Assembly (NCBI GenBank): GCA_964016885.1
Contig: CAXHJY010000215.1
Coordinates: 1-35,605, forward strand
Length of the DNA stretch: 35,605 nt
Origin: Eledone cirrhosa
Taxonomy: Eukaryota
Reading direction: 5' to 3'
Every line of letters begins with the position of its first letter. Position 1 is the stretch's first letter. Of the stretch, positions 1-13,483 are shown piece by piece. The translations under genes were made by a program, and so were the position numbers. The notes under the pieces were generated by a model. That model did no database searches, was not told where the DNA came from, and was given only the letters and a program-made list of their open reading frames with translations.

Positions 1-147
1 CACACACAGGGGGGAAAGTCGATTAAATCGACCCCAGTGCGTGACTGGTACTTTATTTTATCGACCCCCGTAAGGATGAAAGGCAACGTTAACCTTGGCT
101 GCTTTTGAACTCAGAACATAAAGGGCCAAAACTCTATGCTGCAAAGC
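1..147 (-). mobile_element. tRNA-derived SINE copy (octopus-type), 5'-truncated, variant tail with GTCGATTAAATCGAC hairpin
   Basis: Reverse complement contains a B-box-like GAGTTCAAAA and the core CTTTCATCCTTACGGGGGTCGATAAAATAAAGTACCAG shared with the other copies in the window. Confidence 0.8.
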
Positions 148-149
148 AA

Positions 150-340
150 ATAATAATAATAATTGTTTCTGCTTTTGGCACAAGGCCAGCAATTATGCCA
201 GTACATTACTGGTACTTTATTTTATCGACCCCGTAAGGATGAAAGGCAAAGTTAACCTCGGCGGGATTTGAACTAAGATGATAAAGGACCGTAACTCTAT
301 GCTGCAAAGCTTGGCGTCCGACCCTTCACCGCTATTGCCT
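150..340 (-). mobile_element. tRNA-derived SINE copy, in tandem with the previous one
   Basis: Aligns by eye with the reverse complement of 30133-30312, including the tail GCTGGCCTTGTGCC…GAAACAATT and an (ATT)n end. Confidence 0.85.
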
Positions 341-344
341 TGTC

Positions 345-600
345 GGACGACTTCTACGTCAATGACGTTTGTAGGCTTCCATAAAAATAAACACGGCTGA
401 CAGAATCGTCTTTTGCCCAGTAACAATGCCCCACAAAACGTATCCATCTTAGACAAACAATATCCGATACGGGAGAACTATCCAGATAGTCTTTCATGTG
501 TGACTCTCCCTCGCTAAGATATGTTGAGAGCGTGCCTGAGGAGTTTCCATGTAGCCCATCCCAAACTCTTCTCCATTCACCATCCGTAAAGAGGTTGACA
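345..600 (-). pseudogene. Degenerate RTE/RTE-X-like LINE ORF C-terminal fragment
   Basis: Minus-strand frames joined across stops and frameshifts read KLLRHALNIS*RGRVTHERL…PVSDIVCLRWIRFVGHCYWAKD…LFLWKP, matching the post-RT pattern LLR.ALN.SW…R.RF.GHC…LW.P of RTE-group LINEs. Confidence 0.6.
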
Positions 601-879
601 CACTATCAGTTTTTTCAGATCTCAAACTAGAGATAAACAGGAAGTGCGTAGTTAGTGATAGTGTTTAGAATGTTAAAGTGTGTAGTAGTCGATAGCGCCT
701 ATAATATCTAGAGTAGTAGGTCTTAGAACGGGAAAATGGAAGATATAGAGAAAATAAAAACATTCTGTGTGTATGTATGTGTGTGTGTATGTGTATGTAT
801 ATATATATATACACACATACACATACTCACACACACACACACACATACACACACACTTATATATATATATATACATAAG

Positions 880-940
880 AGAAAGTATGACCCCGACGGC
901 AGAGCTCAAGCCGTTTCGACGGCTATTTCTGGACTAAAGT
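880..940. mobile_element. Family B element, single arm (GACCCCGACGGCAGAGCTCAAGCCGTTTCGACGGCTATTTCTG)
   Basis: Near-identical to the left arm at 20385-20425; flanked by (TA)n. Confidence 0.75.
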
Positions 941-1284
941 ATATACACATATGTATATATATATATATATATATATGGATATGTATATGTGGTGGTGGTA
1001 GTAGTAGCGGTGGTGGTGGTAGTAGTAGCAGCAGCGGTGGCGGCGGTGGAAGTAGTAGTAGTAGTAGCAGTAGCAGCAGCGGTGGCGGTGGTGGTGGTAG
1101 TAGCTGCAATATTTTTTACCCCATCTGACCACATTCCGTCAATCCATCAACCATGATAATTTCCATTGAGTACCCGGGCCCTAGATTCCCACCCTAGGTT
1201 ACCACGTACCCACACACCAGTGGCATCTGTGAGAAATATCCCGCCCCCTTCACACCGAGGGAAAAAGATTTAATAGAATCATAA

Positions 1285-1314
1285 GTATATATACATCTAT
1301 CTATCTATCTATCT

Positions 1315-1363
<49 letters not shown>

Positions 1364-1445
1364 TATACATTATATATATGTATGTATATATATATATGTA
1401 TATATAGTTTCTATATATATATGAATGTATATATATATATATATG

Positions 1446-1476
<31 letters not shown>

Positions 1477-1625
1477 GTATATGTATGTATATATGTATAT
1501 GTATGTATATATGTATATGTATGTATATATGTATATGTATGTATATATGTATATGTATGTATATGTATGTATATGTATGTATATATATATATATATGTAT
1601 GTATATATATATATATATATGTATG

Positions 1626-1718
<93 letters not shown>

Positions 1719-1759
1719 GTATGTATGTATATATATATATGTATGTATATATATATATG

Positions 1760-1790
<31 letters not shown>

Positions 1791-1795
1791 GTATG

Positions 1796-1862
<67 letters not shown>

Positions 1863-1868
1863 TGTATG

Positions 1869-1906
<38 letters not shown>

Positions 1907-1928
1907 TATATATGTATATATATGTATG

Positions 1929-1961
<33 letters not shown>

Positions 1962-1982
1962 GTATATATGTATATATATATG

Positions 1983-2019
<37 letters not shown>

Positions 2020-2202
2020 GTATATATGTATATATATATGTGTAGTTATATATATATATATATATATTCATATATATGTGTATATATATATATATATATG
2101 TGTGTGTGTATATATATATATATATATTCATATATATATGAGTACATATACATATAGAGAGATATATATGCACACACATACATATATATATATATAATAT
2201 AT

Positions 2203-2249
<47 letters not shown>

Positions 2250-2320
2250 TATATATATAATATATATATATATATATTATATATATATATATATTATATA
2301 TAATATATATATATATATAT

Positions 2321-2351
<31 letters not shown>

Positions 2352-2445
2352 ACATATATATTATATATATATATATTATATAATATATATACATATATAT
2401 ATATATTATATATATATAATATATATACATATATAATATATATAC

Positions 2446-2502
<57 letters not shown>

Positions 2503-2535
2503 GTGTGTGTGTGTGTGTGTATATACACACATATA
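1285..2535. repeat. Compound (TA)n/(TATG)n microsatellite
   Basis: Seen directly. Confidence 0.95.
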
Positions 2536-2649
2536 TACCAGGTGGTGCTATTAAGTTAGACATGGCCATGGTCAATACTGGCTGAAACCTAAGTTAAAGT
2601 TACACATACATACATACATACATACATACATACATACATACATACATAC

Positions 2650-2714
2650 ATGATGGCTGCCCCCTCGTTATCGAGTATGGCCATTGCACAATAAAAAAAA
2701 AAAAAAAAAAAAAA

Positions 2715-2769
<55 letters not shown>

Positions 2770-2974
2770 GCAATAATAATAATAACGACAACAACAATAA
2801 TAATATACATATTCATATATATATACACACACACGCACGCACATAAGCATATCTACACACACACACACCCACACACACAAACACACGATAGCAACTAACA
2901 GTGCTGCGATCGAATGTGGCTTTTTAGCCCAGCCAATGATCCAAAATGTCTTGCACAGAGTCGGCAACCAAAAC

Positions 2975-2980
<6 letters not shown>
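2650..2980 (-). mobile_element. RTE-like LINE 3' end with C2H2 zinc finger, interrupted by microsatellites
   Basis: CFGCRLCARHFGSLAGLKSHIRSQH (CxxC…F.S..GL.SH.R) at about 2900-2975. Downstream on the minus strand is GCCATACTCGATAACGAGGGGGCAGCCATC followed by an (ATGT)n tail, resembling RTE 3' termini. Confidence 0.6.
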
Positions 2981-3007
<27 letters not shown>

Positions 3008-3013
3008 CATACA

Positions 3014-3042
<29 letters not shown>

Positions 3043-3045
<3 letters not shown>

Positions 3046-3238
3046 ACGAAGGAAATGTGGTAAGGAACCAGGTGGACCATAACGCACCAAAGTACTCAAT
3101 ACTTGAGGTAGTAGAGTGGGTAATAGGAACCAGTAAGACCCCGACAGCTGAGCTCAAGCCGTTTCGACGGCTAATTCTGGACTGAATTAGCCGTCGAAAC
3201 GGCTTGAGCTCAGCTGTCGGGGTCTTACTGGTTCCTAT
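3043..3238 (-). mobile_element. Family B fold-back element: perfect 55-bp inverted repeat (3123-3177/3184-3238) plus tail
   Basis: Arms are exact reverse complements around the spacer TGGACT; tail 3043-3122 is the reverse complement of a sequence homologous to 23222-23300. Confidence 0.85.
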
Positions 3239-3384
3239 ATATATAAGAGAAGAAATTATAATTAAAATATTTGATAGATTTACGAACGTTTCGCGAGAGT
3301 AAAAGCAATGGAGAGTCCATTCCTGTAAGAATATCTCAGAATAATTTATCTCAAAATAATTTATCTCTCATGTTTTAATATAAG

Positions 3385-4061
3385 TCGATGGCTTGACAAT
3401 GTCAACCTATGGACTGGACTTGACCTTTGATCTTTAAACTCTGCTGTTGGTGATCAAAAGGTATTATATATTCCTGGAAGGAAGTTTGGCTGGTAAGAGA
3501 AGCAGAAGCCGACAGCCAAATCGATGGCTTGACAATGTCAACCTATGGACTGGACTTGACCTTTGATCTTTAAACTCTGCTGTTGGTGATCAAAAGGTAT
3601 TATATATTCCTGGAAGGAAGGTTGGCTGGTAAGAGAAGCAGAAGCCGACAGCCAAATCGATGGCTTGACAATGTCAACCTATGGACTGGACTTGACCTTT
3701 GATCTTTAAACTCTGCTGTTGGTGATCAAAAGGTATTATATATTCCTGGAAGGAAGGTTGGCTGGTAAGAGAAGCAGAAGCCGACAGCCAAATCGATGGC
3801 TTGACAATGTCAACCTCTGGACTGGACTTGACCTTTGCTCTTTAAACTCTGCTGTTGGTGATCAAAAGGTATTATATATTCCTGGAAGGAAGGTTGGCTG
3901 GTAAGAGAAGCAGAAGCCGACAGCCAAATCGATGGCTTGACAATGTCAACCTATGGACTGGACTTGACCTTTGCTCTTTAAACTGTGCTGCTGGTGATCG
4001 AACTTTGTGGAGAACAATATCTCATGTAGAGGCCCAGTCGTCTGCAACTGGCGGAGTTTAG
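3385..4061 (+). repeat. 136-bp tandem array (about 4.5 units) of an RTE LINE C-terminal coding segment
   Basis: Units start at 3385, 3521, 3657, 3793 and 3929; translation LEGRLAGKRSRSRQPNRWLDNV…DRTLWR matches the RTE C-terminal motif EG…G.R.RGR…RW.D…R..WR. Confidence 0.8.
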
Positions 4062-4549
4062 TCTCAAAGTCGTAATATAAATCTTGGTGGATTTAATATA
4101 TAAAAGCCTGGGTTACCAATGTTTACCCCTTTCGTCATTATGTTGAAAGTTAAGTATTGTAAAATCCGAGAAGAACCCAAATCAGAGTAGCACTTGACTA
4201 CTAGCACTACTACTACTACCACCACTGCTACTACTACTACCACTACTACTACTACCACTACTACTACTACCACTACTACTACCACCACTGCCACTACCAC
4301 CACCACCACTACTACTACCACTACCACCACCACCACCACCACTACTACTACCACCACCACCACCACCACCACCACCTCAAGTATTTGTCTGTGAGTCAGT
4401 CGACCAACAGAGCGAAGATGGAACCACCCAGGTACTACAAGTGGTTTGTCAATGTTGTTATTACAGTGTTTGGATAATTACACACACACACACACACACA
4501 TACACATATATATTTACATACACACACACATATATATATATATTTACAT

Positions 4550-4583
<34 letters not shown>

Positions 4584-4763
4584 TCACATACACACACATA
4601 CACACATATATATATATATATATATATATGTATATGTATACATGTATTTGTATATGTATACATATGCATATATATGTATGTATATATATGCATATATATG
4701 TATGTATATATGTATGTATATATATGTATATATATATATACACATGCATGTATATACACATGC

Positions 4764-4811
<48 letters not shown>

Positions 4812-4913
4812 GTATAAATACACACATTTATATATACATCTATGTATACACAAATACACACACATATATATCCAGACACATATATATGCAGACACATACA
4901 TACATATACATAC

Positions 4914-4955
<42 letters not shown>

Positions 4956-4956
4956 T

Positions 4957-5060
4957 TGAAAGGCAAAGTTAACCTCGGTGGGATTTGGACTCAGACCGTA
5001 AAGGGACCTAACTCTATGCTGTAAAGCATGGCGTCCGATCCTCTACCGATACTGCCAATC
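4957..5060 (-). mobile_element. SINE copy (head half)
   Basis: Reverse complement has the A-box-like TGGCAGTATCGG and B-box-like GAGTCCAAATCC. Confidence 0.8.
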
Positions 5061-5225
5061 ACACACAATCACTGCCTTACACAGACAATAATGGAAACAT
5101 TGCTTCCTCGGTACTGATGTGAATGAGGGGCAAAGATGATTAGGGAGGAATTTGAACACAGAAACCCGAGACCCGGGAGAATTACTGGGATGTAAACTCT
5201 CTCTCTCCTTGCCAGTCTAGATATA

Positions 5226-5420
5226 ATAATTGTTTCTATTTTTGGCACAAGGCCAGCAAATTACCCCAGTGTATTACTGGTACTTTAGTTTATCTACCCC
5301 GTAAGGATGAAAGCCAAAGTTAACCTCGGCGGGATTTGAACTCAGAACGTAAAGGGTGCCAACTCTATGCTGTAAAGCTTGGTGTCTGGTGCTCTACCGA
5401 TACTGACAAACGACCGCCAT
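5226..5420 (-). mobile_element. SINE copy, near full length
   Basis: Homologous to 30133-30312. Confidence 0.85.
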
Positions 5421-5429
5421 TTTGATTAT

Positions 5430-5605
5430 AATAATAATAATTGTTTCTATTTTTGGCACAAGGCCAGCAACTGTCCCAGTGCATTACTGGTACTGGTACT
5501 TTATTTTATCGCAAAGTTAACCTCGGCGGGATTTGAACTCAGAACGTAAAGGGACGTAACTCTATGCTGTAAAACATGGCGTCCGACGCTCCACCGATTC
5601 TTTCA
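5430..5605 (-). mobile_element. SINE copy with internal deletion, in tandem with the previous one
   Basis: Homologous to 30133-30312 but lacks the ACCCCGTAAGGATGAAAG segment. Confidence 0.85.
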
Positions 5606-5930
5606 ATGATGCCCCCCCCGCTCCTTTATAACCAACGCCCATCTGTTTACAGTTAGTTCTCCTGTTCCGCTTACAATCTGGGTTGGTGTATATACTGTAT
5701 GTGTGTATATATATATACACTGTGTATATATATATATATATATATACACTGTGTATGTATATATATATATATATATACACTGTGTATATATATGTATATA
5801 GACTGTGTATATTTACATATGTATATATATATATATATACACTGTATATATATGTATATAGACTGTGTATATATACATATGTATATATATATAAATATAC
5901 ACTATATATATATTTATATAAATATATACA

Positions 5931-6050
<120 letters not shown>

Positions 6051-6074
6051 TGTATATATATATATATATACACA

Positions 6075-6268
<194 letters not shown>

Positions 6269-6330
6269 ATATATATATATACGATATATTAACAAATGGA
6301 AACTATATTTATAAAACCATATTTATTTCA

Positions 6331-6386
6331 TTATACATATTTCAAGGACACCAAGTTAAATTATGGTGTGCTTTCATCAGATAAAA
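6331..6386 (-). ncRNA. Hammerhead-ribozyme-like motif, family A copy 1 (element about 6285-6465)
   Basis: Minus strand: UUUUAU CUGAUGA AAG-C-ACACCA[UAAUUUAACU]UGGUGU-C-CUU GAAA UAUGUA UAA. Confidence 0.65.
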
Positions 6387-6594
6387 TATAATATAGAGCT
6401 GTTATATAAATAAATATTGACATACCCTTAAAGAATGCAACCTTGTCTGTTCGAAGCTCCCGGATATATTATACAACATAACAGCTTCATTATTGATAGC
6501 AAATATGACGATGGTGGATTTAATGATGACGATACTGTGGTGGGGTGGGGTAGGGATGGTGTGGGGGTCGGGGTAGGGATGGTGGTTTTAAACG

Positions 6595-6945
6595 ATGACA
6601 AGGCTGACAGTGGTAGTAATTGTGATGGTGGTGATGATGATGGTGGTGGTGGTGGTGATGGTGGTGTTGATGGTGATGGTGATGATGATGGTGGTGATAA
6701 TGATGGTGGTGGTGGTGGTGGTGATGGTGGTGGTGGTGGTGGTGGTGATGGTGATGGTGATGATGGTGGTGGTGATGATGGTGGTGGTGATATTGGTGGT
6801 GGTGGTGTTGATGGTGGTGGTAATGATGGTGGTGGTGGTGATGGTGGTGGTGAAGATGGTGGTGGTGGTGGTGATGATGGTGGTGATGATAACGTTAATG
6901 ATGATGATGACTATGGTGATGGTGATGATGGCGATAGTGATGCTG
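6595..6945. repeat. (GGT/GAT)n trinucleotide repeat
   Basis: Seen directly. Confidence 0.9.
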
Positions 6946-7090
6946 CAAAATCCCCTCCCCCACCCACCCCCCAACATAGTAATAAAATAAAATAAGATTA
7001 AAAGGATTGTAGTCTGAAGATGTTTGGTGATAAATAAAGCAACAGTGGATGATATTATGTAAAGTGATGACGAAGTGGGTGTGGCCTTGG

Positions 7091-7139
7091 TGACGTCAGC
7101 TGTGACGTCGTCTGTGACGTCACTAGGAACAATATGGCG
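7091..7139. promoter_or_regulatory. Cluster of CRE-like sites with a YY1-like motif
   Basis: TGACGTCA at 7091 and 7115, TGACGTCG at 7103 (12-bp spacing), AATATGGCG at 7131. Confidence 0.3.
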
Positions 7140-7315
7140 AATGTCTGTAGTTTTAGCAAGGTTTTATGAATATTATTTTGTAATGGGAAATAACCTGGTT
7201 TTATAGTTAGAGGTGTGACCCCCTCATTTATCGGAAGAGCCGTGGTTGTTTCCTTCAGCAAGGTTCTTTACTATTTTGCCTTGTTTTTGTGAGTTAAATG
7301 TATTGTCACACATAC

Positions 7316-7740
7316 TCTGTCTCTCTGGCTTGCTGAATCTCCCTGAGAACTACATTGAAGCTACATATGTTTGTGGAATGGTCAGCCAATACACTATAAT
7401 ACAAAATATACTGACACTGTCTCTGGCTTGCTGAATCTCCCTGAGAACTATATTGAAGCTACATATGTTTGTGGAATGGTCAGCCAATACACTATAATAC
7501 AAAATATACTGACACTGCCTGGCTTACTGAATCTCCCTGAGAACTATATTGAAGCTACATATGTTTGTGGAATGGTCAGCCAATACACTATAATACAAAA
7601 TATACTGACACTGCCTGGCTTGCTGAATCTCCCTGAGAGATTATAGTGAAGCTACACGTGTCTGTGGAATGGTCAGCAATTTATACTATAATACAAAATC
7701 TACTGACACTGTCTCTGGCTAGCTGAATCTCCCTGAGAAT
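7316..7740. repeat. Tandem repeat, 96-100-bp unit, about 4.3 copies
   Basis: CTGAATCTCCCTGAGA recurs at 7333, 7431, 7527, 7623 and 7723. Confidence 0.9.
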
Positions 7741-8144
7741 CAAATTGTTCGAATACATATATACATATATATATACACATACATACATATATACATACAT
7801 ATATACATACATATATATACATACACACATACATACATAAATATATATACACATGCCTATATATATGTATGTATATATGTATGTATGTGTATATGGACAA
7901 GTAAACCAGCACTACCAATACGACCACACCACCAAAACCAATACCACTACACCACCACCACGCCACAAAACCAACACCACCACCACCTTTCCATTATGTC
8001 AAGTGACAGTGTAGAAGTGAAGGACTTGTTCAAGTATGTATATCTATGACCTATGAACAGTGACGTCATAGACATCGTCAGCCAATCACAGACGTCGCTC
8101 TCTAATGTCTAACGGAACACCTCGTGTCATACCAACTTTCCTTC

Positions 8145-8189
<45 letters not shown>

Positions 8190-8370
8190 AATATACACAC
8201 ACATATATATATATATATATAAATATACACACACATATATATATAAATATACACACACATATATATATAAATAAATATACACACACATATACATATATAT
8301 ATACATAAATATACATACATATACAAACATATATATATACTTGTACATATATATATCTGTATACACATAC

Positions 8371-8420
<50 letters not shown>

Positions 8421-8436
8421 CCATATACGAATATAG

Positions 8437-8467
<31 letters not shown>

Positions 8468-8586
8468 CGTTCATATATAATACACACACACACATATATA
8501 TACACATATACGCTTATACATACATACATTCATACATACATATATATAATATATATATATACATACAAACGCACCCATAAGTACAT

Positions 8587-8617
<31 letters not shown>

Positions 8618-8836
8618 TGCATACATGCACACAAACACACAACTACACACACACATCCCTTCATACGCACAAACACACATCAACATGTATACAGAGACCA
8701 GTAATACAGTCCCGTCCAGAAATAGCGAAACTATGACATCTGTTCTGAGACAGCTGATGACCAGGGTTGCACTGATCGTTTCCATGTCGTGTCTTGTTTT
8801 ACCTTTTCTGATCGTTTAATGTACTCTCAATATCCT

Positions 8837-8890
8837 AGTCTTTGTCACATTTTGAATCACATATATGTGATTCAAAATGTGACAAAGACT
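8837..8890. repeat. Perfect 54-bp palindrome
   Basis: AGTCTTTGTCACATTTTGAATCACATA|TATGTGATTCAAAATGTGACAAAGACT. Confidence 0.9.
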
Positions 8891-8891
8891 G

Positions 8892-8956
<65 letters not shown>

Positions 8957-9415
8957 GTGTGTATATATATATATGTGTGTGTATATATATATGTGTGTGT
9001 ATATATATATATGTGTGTGTGTGTGTATATATATATGTGTGTGTATATATATATATGTGTGTGTGTGTATATATATATATGTGTGTGTGTGTATATATAT
9101 ATATATGTGTGTGTGTGTATATATATATATATGTGTGTGTGTGTATATATATATATGTGTGTGTGTGTATATATATATATGTGTGTGTGTGTATATATAT
9201 ATATGTGTGTGTGTGTATATATATATATATGTGTGTGTGTGTATATATATATATATGTGTGTGTGTATATATATATATATGTGTGTGTGTGTATATATAT
9301 ATATATATGTGTGTGTGTGTATATATATATATATGTGTGTGTATGTGTGTATATATATATATATGTGTGTGTATGTGTGTATATATATATATATGGATGT
9401 ATATATATATATATG
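8891..9415. repeat. Alternating (TA)n(TG)n compound microsatellite
   Basis: Seen directly. Confidence 0.95.
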
Positions 9416-9500
9416 TGAAATGATATTTGATAGGTGGGAATCTTGTAAATTTTGTTATTAAATTCTGTCTGTCAGCCTTCTACAATTATAAATTTCTTAT

Positions 9501-9573
<73 letters not shown>

Positions 9574-9613
9574 CACATACATACAATTCGCCGCCCTTAT
9601 ATATGTATGTATA

Positions 9614-9664
<51 letters not shown>

Positions 9665-9894
9665 ACAATATCTTTATATGACACTTCGGCCACCCGTCTT
9701 CCGATCCTTTCGGCCACTTCACCACCCCGCCACCCTGCCACCCCGCCACCCGTCCAACTTGCTACTTTATCAAGCATGGCCGGGTGCAACCACCCGTAAC
9801 TATTGCCATTTATTGTTAAGCGTTAGACCGTAAAATGAAGTTAGAGTTAAGAAGTGAGGTCGGGTGGAGTATGGCGGGGGTGGTCGTGGACTGT

Positions 9895-10075
9895 GTAGCG
9901 GGGTGTGGTGGGGTGTTGTGGGCTGGACTGTGTAGTGGTGTAGGGTGGGGTGGAGAGTGTAGCGGGGTGGGGTGGGTGTTGTGGGCTGGACTGTGTAGTG
10001 GTGTAGGGTGGGGTGGAGAGTGTAGCGGGGTGGGGTGGGTGTTGTGGGCTGGACTGTGTAGTGGTGTAGGGTGGG
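9895..10075. repeat. G-rich 63-bp minisatellite, about 3 copies
   Basis: TGTTGTGGGCTGG at 9914, 9977 and 10040. Confidence 0.85.
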
Positions 10076-10264
10076 ATGTGGTGGGGTGGACAGTACAGCG
10101 GGGTGGGGTGGCGTGGACTGTGTAGTAGTCTAGGGTGGGGGTTTGATGTGAGGCACACGGACAGGCCGAATATTCTACACACATGTCTGTATACACACAT
10201 ACATATATACATTTAAACACACATGTCTATACACATATATATATACATTTAAACACACATGTCT

Positions 10265-10320
<56 letters not shown>

Positions 10321-11336
10321 TTAAACACCATGTCTCTCTCTATATATATATATATATACATTTAAACACACATGTCTATACATGTATATACACATGTATG
10401 TATGTAGAGGATGTATATTTTAGATGGAGAGCACGAGAGATGGTTTGGGTTTAGTATTTAGATCTTGAGGGTCCCGGGGCACTACAGGGGGATTTTGGGG
10501 GGTTGGGGTGGATAAGGGGCGGGTCTCTCATACACATGTAAAATATACAGCAAACCCCCTAATTTCTCTCTTTCTATCTATTTATCTATCTATATCATTT
10601 TACCTCTCTCTCTCCCTCCCTCTCCCTCCCTCTCTCCCCCTCTCTTCCCACTCCCCTCTCCCCCCCCTCTCTATATATATATTGAGAGGAAGGGGGAGAG
10701 GGATAGAAAGATAGTCAAATGGATGATATATATATATATATATATATAGACAGAGAGAGAGACAGACAGAGAGACAGACAGAGAGACAGAGAGAGAGAGA
10801 GGTAAGCAGATAAGAGAGACAGACAGACAGACATACAGAGACAGAGAGACAGACAGACAGACATACAGAGACAGAGAGACAGAGAGAGGTAAGCAGATAT
10901 GTAGAGAGAGACAGACAGAGAGAGACACAGAGAAAGAGACAGAGAGACAGAGAGACAGACAGACAGACAGACAGACATACAGACATACAGAGACACAGAG
11001 AGACAGACAGAGAGAGAGAGGGAGAGAGAGAGAGAGAGAGAGGTAAGCAGATATGTAGAGAGAGAGAGACAGATTAAGTTACAACTTTAGTAATAAGGTG
11101 TTAATGAGAATGACTCTGGATGTCATTTGTAAATAGGTGTGTGTGGGTGTGAATGTGTGTGTGTGAAGGTGTGTGTGTGTGTGAAGGTATATTTAAAGGT
11201 GTGTGAATGTGTGTGTGAATGTGTGTGTGTGTGAAGGTGTGTGTATGTGTGAAGGTGTGTGTGTGTGTGTGTGTGTGAAGGTGTTCGTGTGAAGGTGTGT
11301 GTGTGTGTGTGTGTGTGAAGGTGTGTGTGTGTAAAG

Positions 11337-11370
<34 letters not shown>

Positions 11371-11536
11371 GTGTGAAGGTGTGTGTGTGAAGGTGTGTGT
11401 ATATGTGTGTAAAGGTGTGTGTGTGTGTGTGTGTGTGTGAAGGTGTGTGTTACCATCACCGCCATAAAAACCACAACAGTAACATCATCAATAGTATTGT
11501 TAACAACAACAACAACTTCTATAATAGCAACAGAAA

Positions 11537-11537
<1 letters not shown>

Positions 11538-11593
<56 letters not shown>

Positions 11594-11664
11594 CACTACC
11601 ACTACCACTACCACTACCACTACCACCACCACTACTACTACTACCACTACTACTACTACTACTA

Positions 11665-11695
<31 letters not shown>

Positions 11696-11733
11696 CACTA
11701 CTACTACTACTACCACTACCACTACCACCACTA

Positions 11734-11776
<43 letters not shown>

Positions 11777-11832
11777 CACTACCACTACCACTACCACTAC
11801 TACTACTACCACTACTACTACCACTACTACTA

Positions 11833-11866
<34 letters not shown>

Positions 11867-11904
11867 CACTACTACTACCACTACTACTACTACTACCACT
11901 TCTA

Positions 11905-11965
<61 letters not shown>

Positions 11966-12110
11966 CACTACTACTACTACCACTACTACCACCACTACTA
12001 CTACCACTACTACCACCACTACTACCACTACTACTACCACTACCACTACTACTACCACTACTACTGCTGCTACTACCACTACCACCACCACCACTACTAC
12101 TACCACCACC
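11538..12110. repeat. (CTA/CCA)n trinucleotide tract
   Basis: Seen directly. Confidence 0.95.
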
Positions 12111-12621
12111 CCACCACACCCTCCTTACCCCCCCCCCCCCCCTCCACACCCAGGAGCAATATTCCAGATTAGTTTTTTAAGCGTTGATTCAACGTTTGCG
12201 TTCCATTGTCCAGCTGTCCGTCAAATGTTCACTGGGGTGAGGAACCAACACCACCCCACAGCCCCACCCCCCACACCACCACCATCACCACACCCCACAC
12301 CACCACTACCACTACCATTCGACTACACCACACCACCACTACCATTCGACTACACCACACCAGCCGACCATTTCACAACTCGACCACTCCACCACCCGCG
12401 CCACACCGCCCGCGCCACACCGCCACCCTCATCACCCGACCAATCTACCACTCTACACATACTTGACCACTCGATGGAGCGGCTAACTACCCCTCTGGCT
12501 ATCAACCCCTCCCCCCTCCCCCCTCCCCCTCCTCCTTCCTTCTCCGCCCTTCTCCTCCGCCCTCATCATCATTCTCCACACCTCCACCAGGTATTCCAAC
12601 ATTGGAGGCTTAAACCCTCCT

Positions 12622-12669
<48 letters not shown>

Positions 12670-12686
12670 ATATATATATATAATAT

Positions 12687-12811
12687 AGAAATGGCTTCTA
12701 CAAGACTAGAACTGTTTCATTCGGGGGAAATCATCAGGATGGTCTATTTATACTCTGCTATGTATTGAGTACCTTACTGTGGTTACCCCCGATTGAACCC
12801 GGGATAAACTT
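12687..12811. mobile_element. Family C element: inverted HHR-like head (minus strand, CUGAUGA at 12731-12737) joined to a direct tail
   Basis: Head is the reverse complement of a sequence homologous to 15123-15175; tail ACTCTGCTATGTATTGAGTACC…CCCCGATTGAACCCGGGATAAA matches 15189-15250. Confidence 0.75.
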
Positions 12812-12830
12812 ATATACATATATATATATG

Positions 12831-12861
<31 letters not shown>

Positions 12862-13031
12862 GTATATATGTATATATGTATATATGTATATATATATGTA
12901 TATATGTATATATGTATATGTATATATATAGCGTTAACAGAAGCCTGAAGAGCTTTTGATTCCAGAGTCTTGCCCCGATCGATACAGATCGAAACTTGAG
13001 CTAATCAATCGCAAAACGCGCGTCACACCTA

Positions 13032-13085
<54 letters not shown>

Positions 13086-13239
13086 TTATACTTTGGGAGG
13101 GTCATGTTGCCAATAAGAAACACACGCACCAGTTGCTTTCACTCCAATTTATTATAAATTAAATTTATAAATTTAAGAATTTATAAATTTGCGGTTGGTT
13201 GGTTGGTTGGTTCCACAACCGGACGGTTGTTCATATATT

Positions 13240-13283
13240 GTAAAAGTTCTTTCGTCACACATTATGTGACCTCTTCAGTGACT
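13240..13283 (-). ncRNA. Hammerhead-ribozyme-like motif (stem I has one mismatch)
   Basis: Minus strand: GUCA CUGAAGA G GUCACA[UAAUG]UGUGAC GAAA G-AA-C UU / UUAC. Confidence 0.6.
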
Positions 13284-13316
13284 GGGGATTCTTTTCTAAA
13301 CAAATTCAGAAACGAA

Positions 13317-13357
<41 letters not shown>

Positions 13358-13426
13358 ATATATATATATTTATATATACGGTATTAAACAAATGGAAACT
13401 ATATTTATAAAACCATATTTATTTCA

Positions 13427-13483
13427 TTATACATATTTCAGGGATACCATATTAAAAATATGGCATGCCTTCTTCAGATAAAA
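13427..13483 (-). ncRNA. Hammerhead-ribozyme-like motif, family A copy 2 (element about 13382-13520)
   Basis: Minus strand: UUUUAU CUGAAGA AGG-C-AUGCCAUAUU[UUU]AAUAUGGUAU-C-CCU GAAA UAUGUA UAA; flank near-identical to 6290-6340. Confidence 0.65.

Noticed and set aside
2536-2600. TACCAGGTGGTG… as a mariner TIR, with a similar end near 18725-18739
   Set aside because: The match is too short and no transposase or convincing partner TIR is visible.
2895-2980. Host C2H2 zinc-finger gene
   Set aside because: It is a single finger without a TGEKP linker, followed by an RTE-like 3' terminus.
8754-8790. CTGATGA as a hammerhead core
   Set aside because: A weak hairpin follows but there is no GAAA in register. 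The same applies to 536, 7014, 8075(-), 16357 and 20734.
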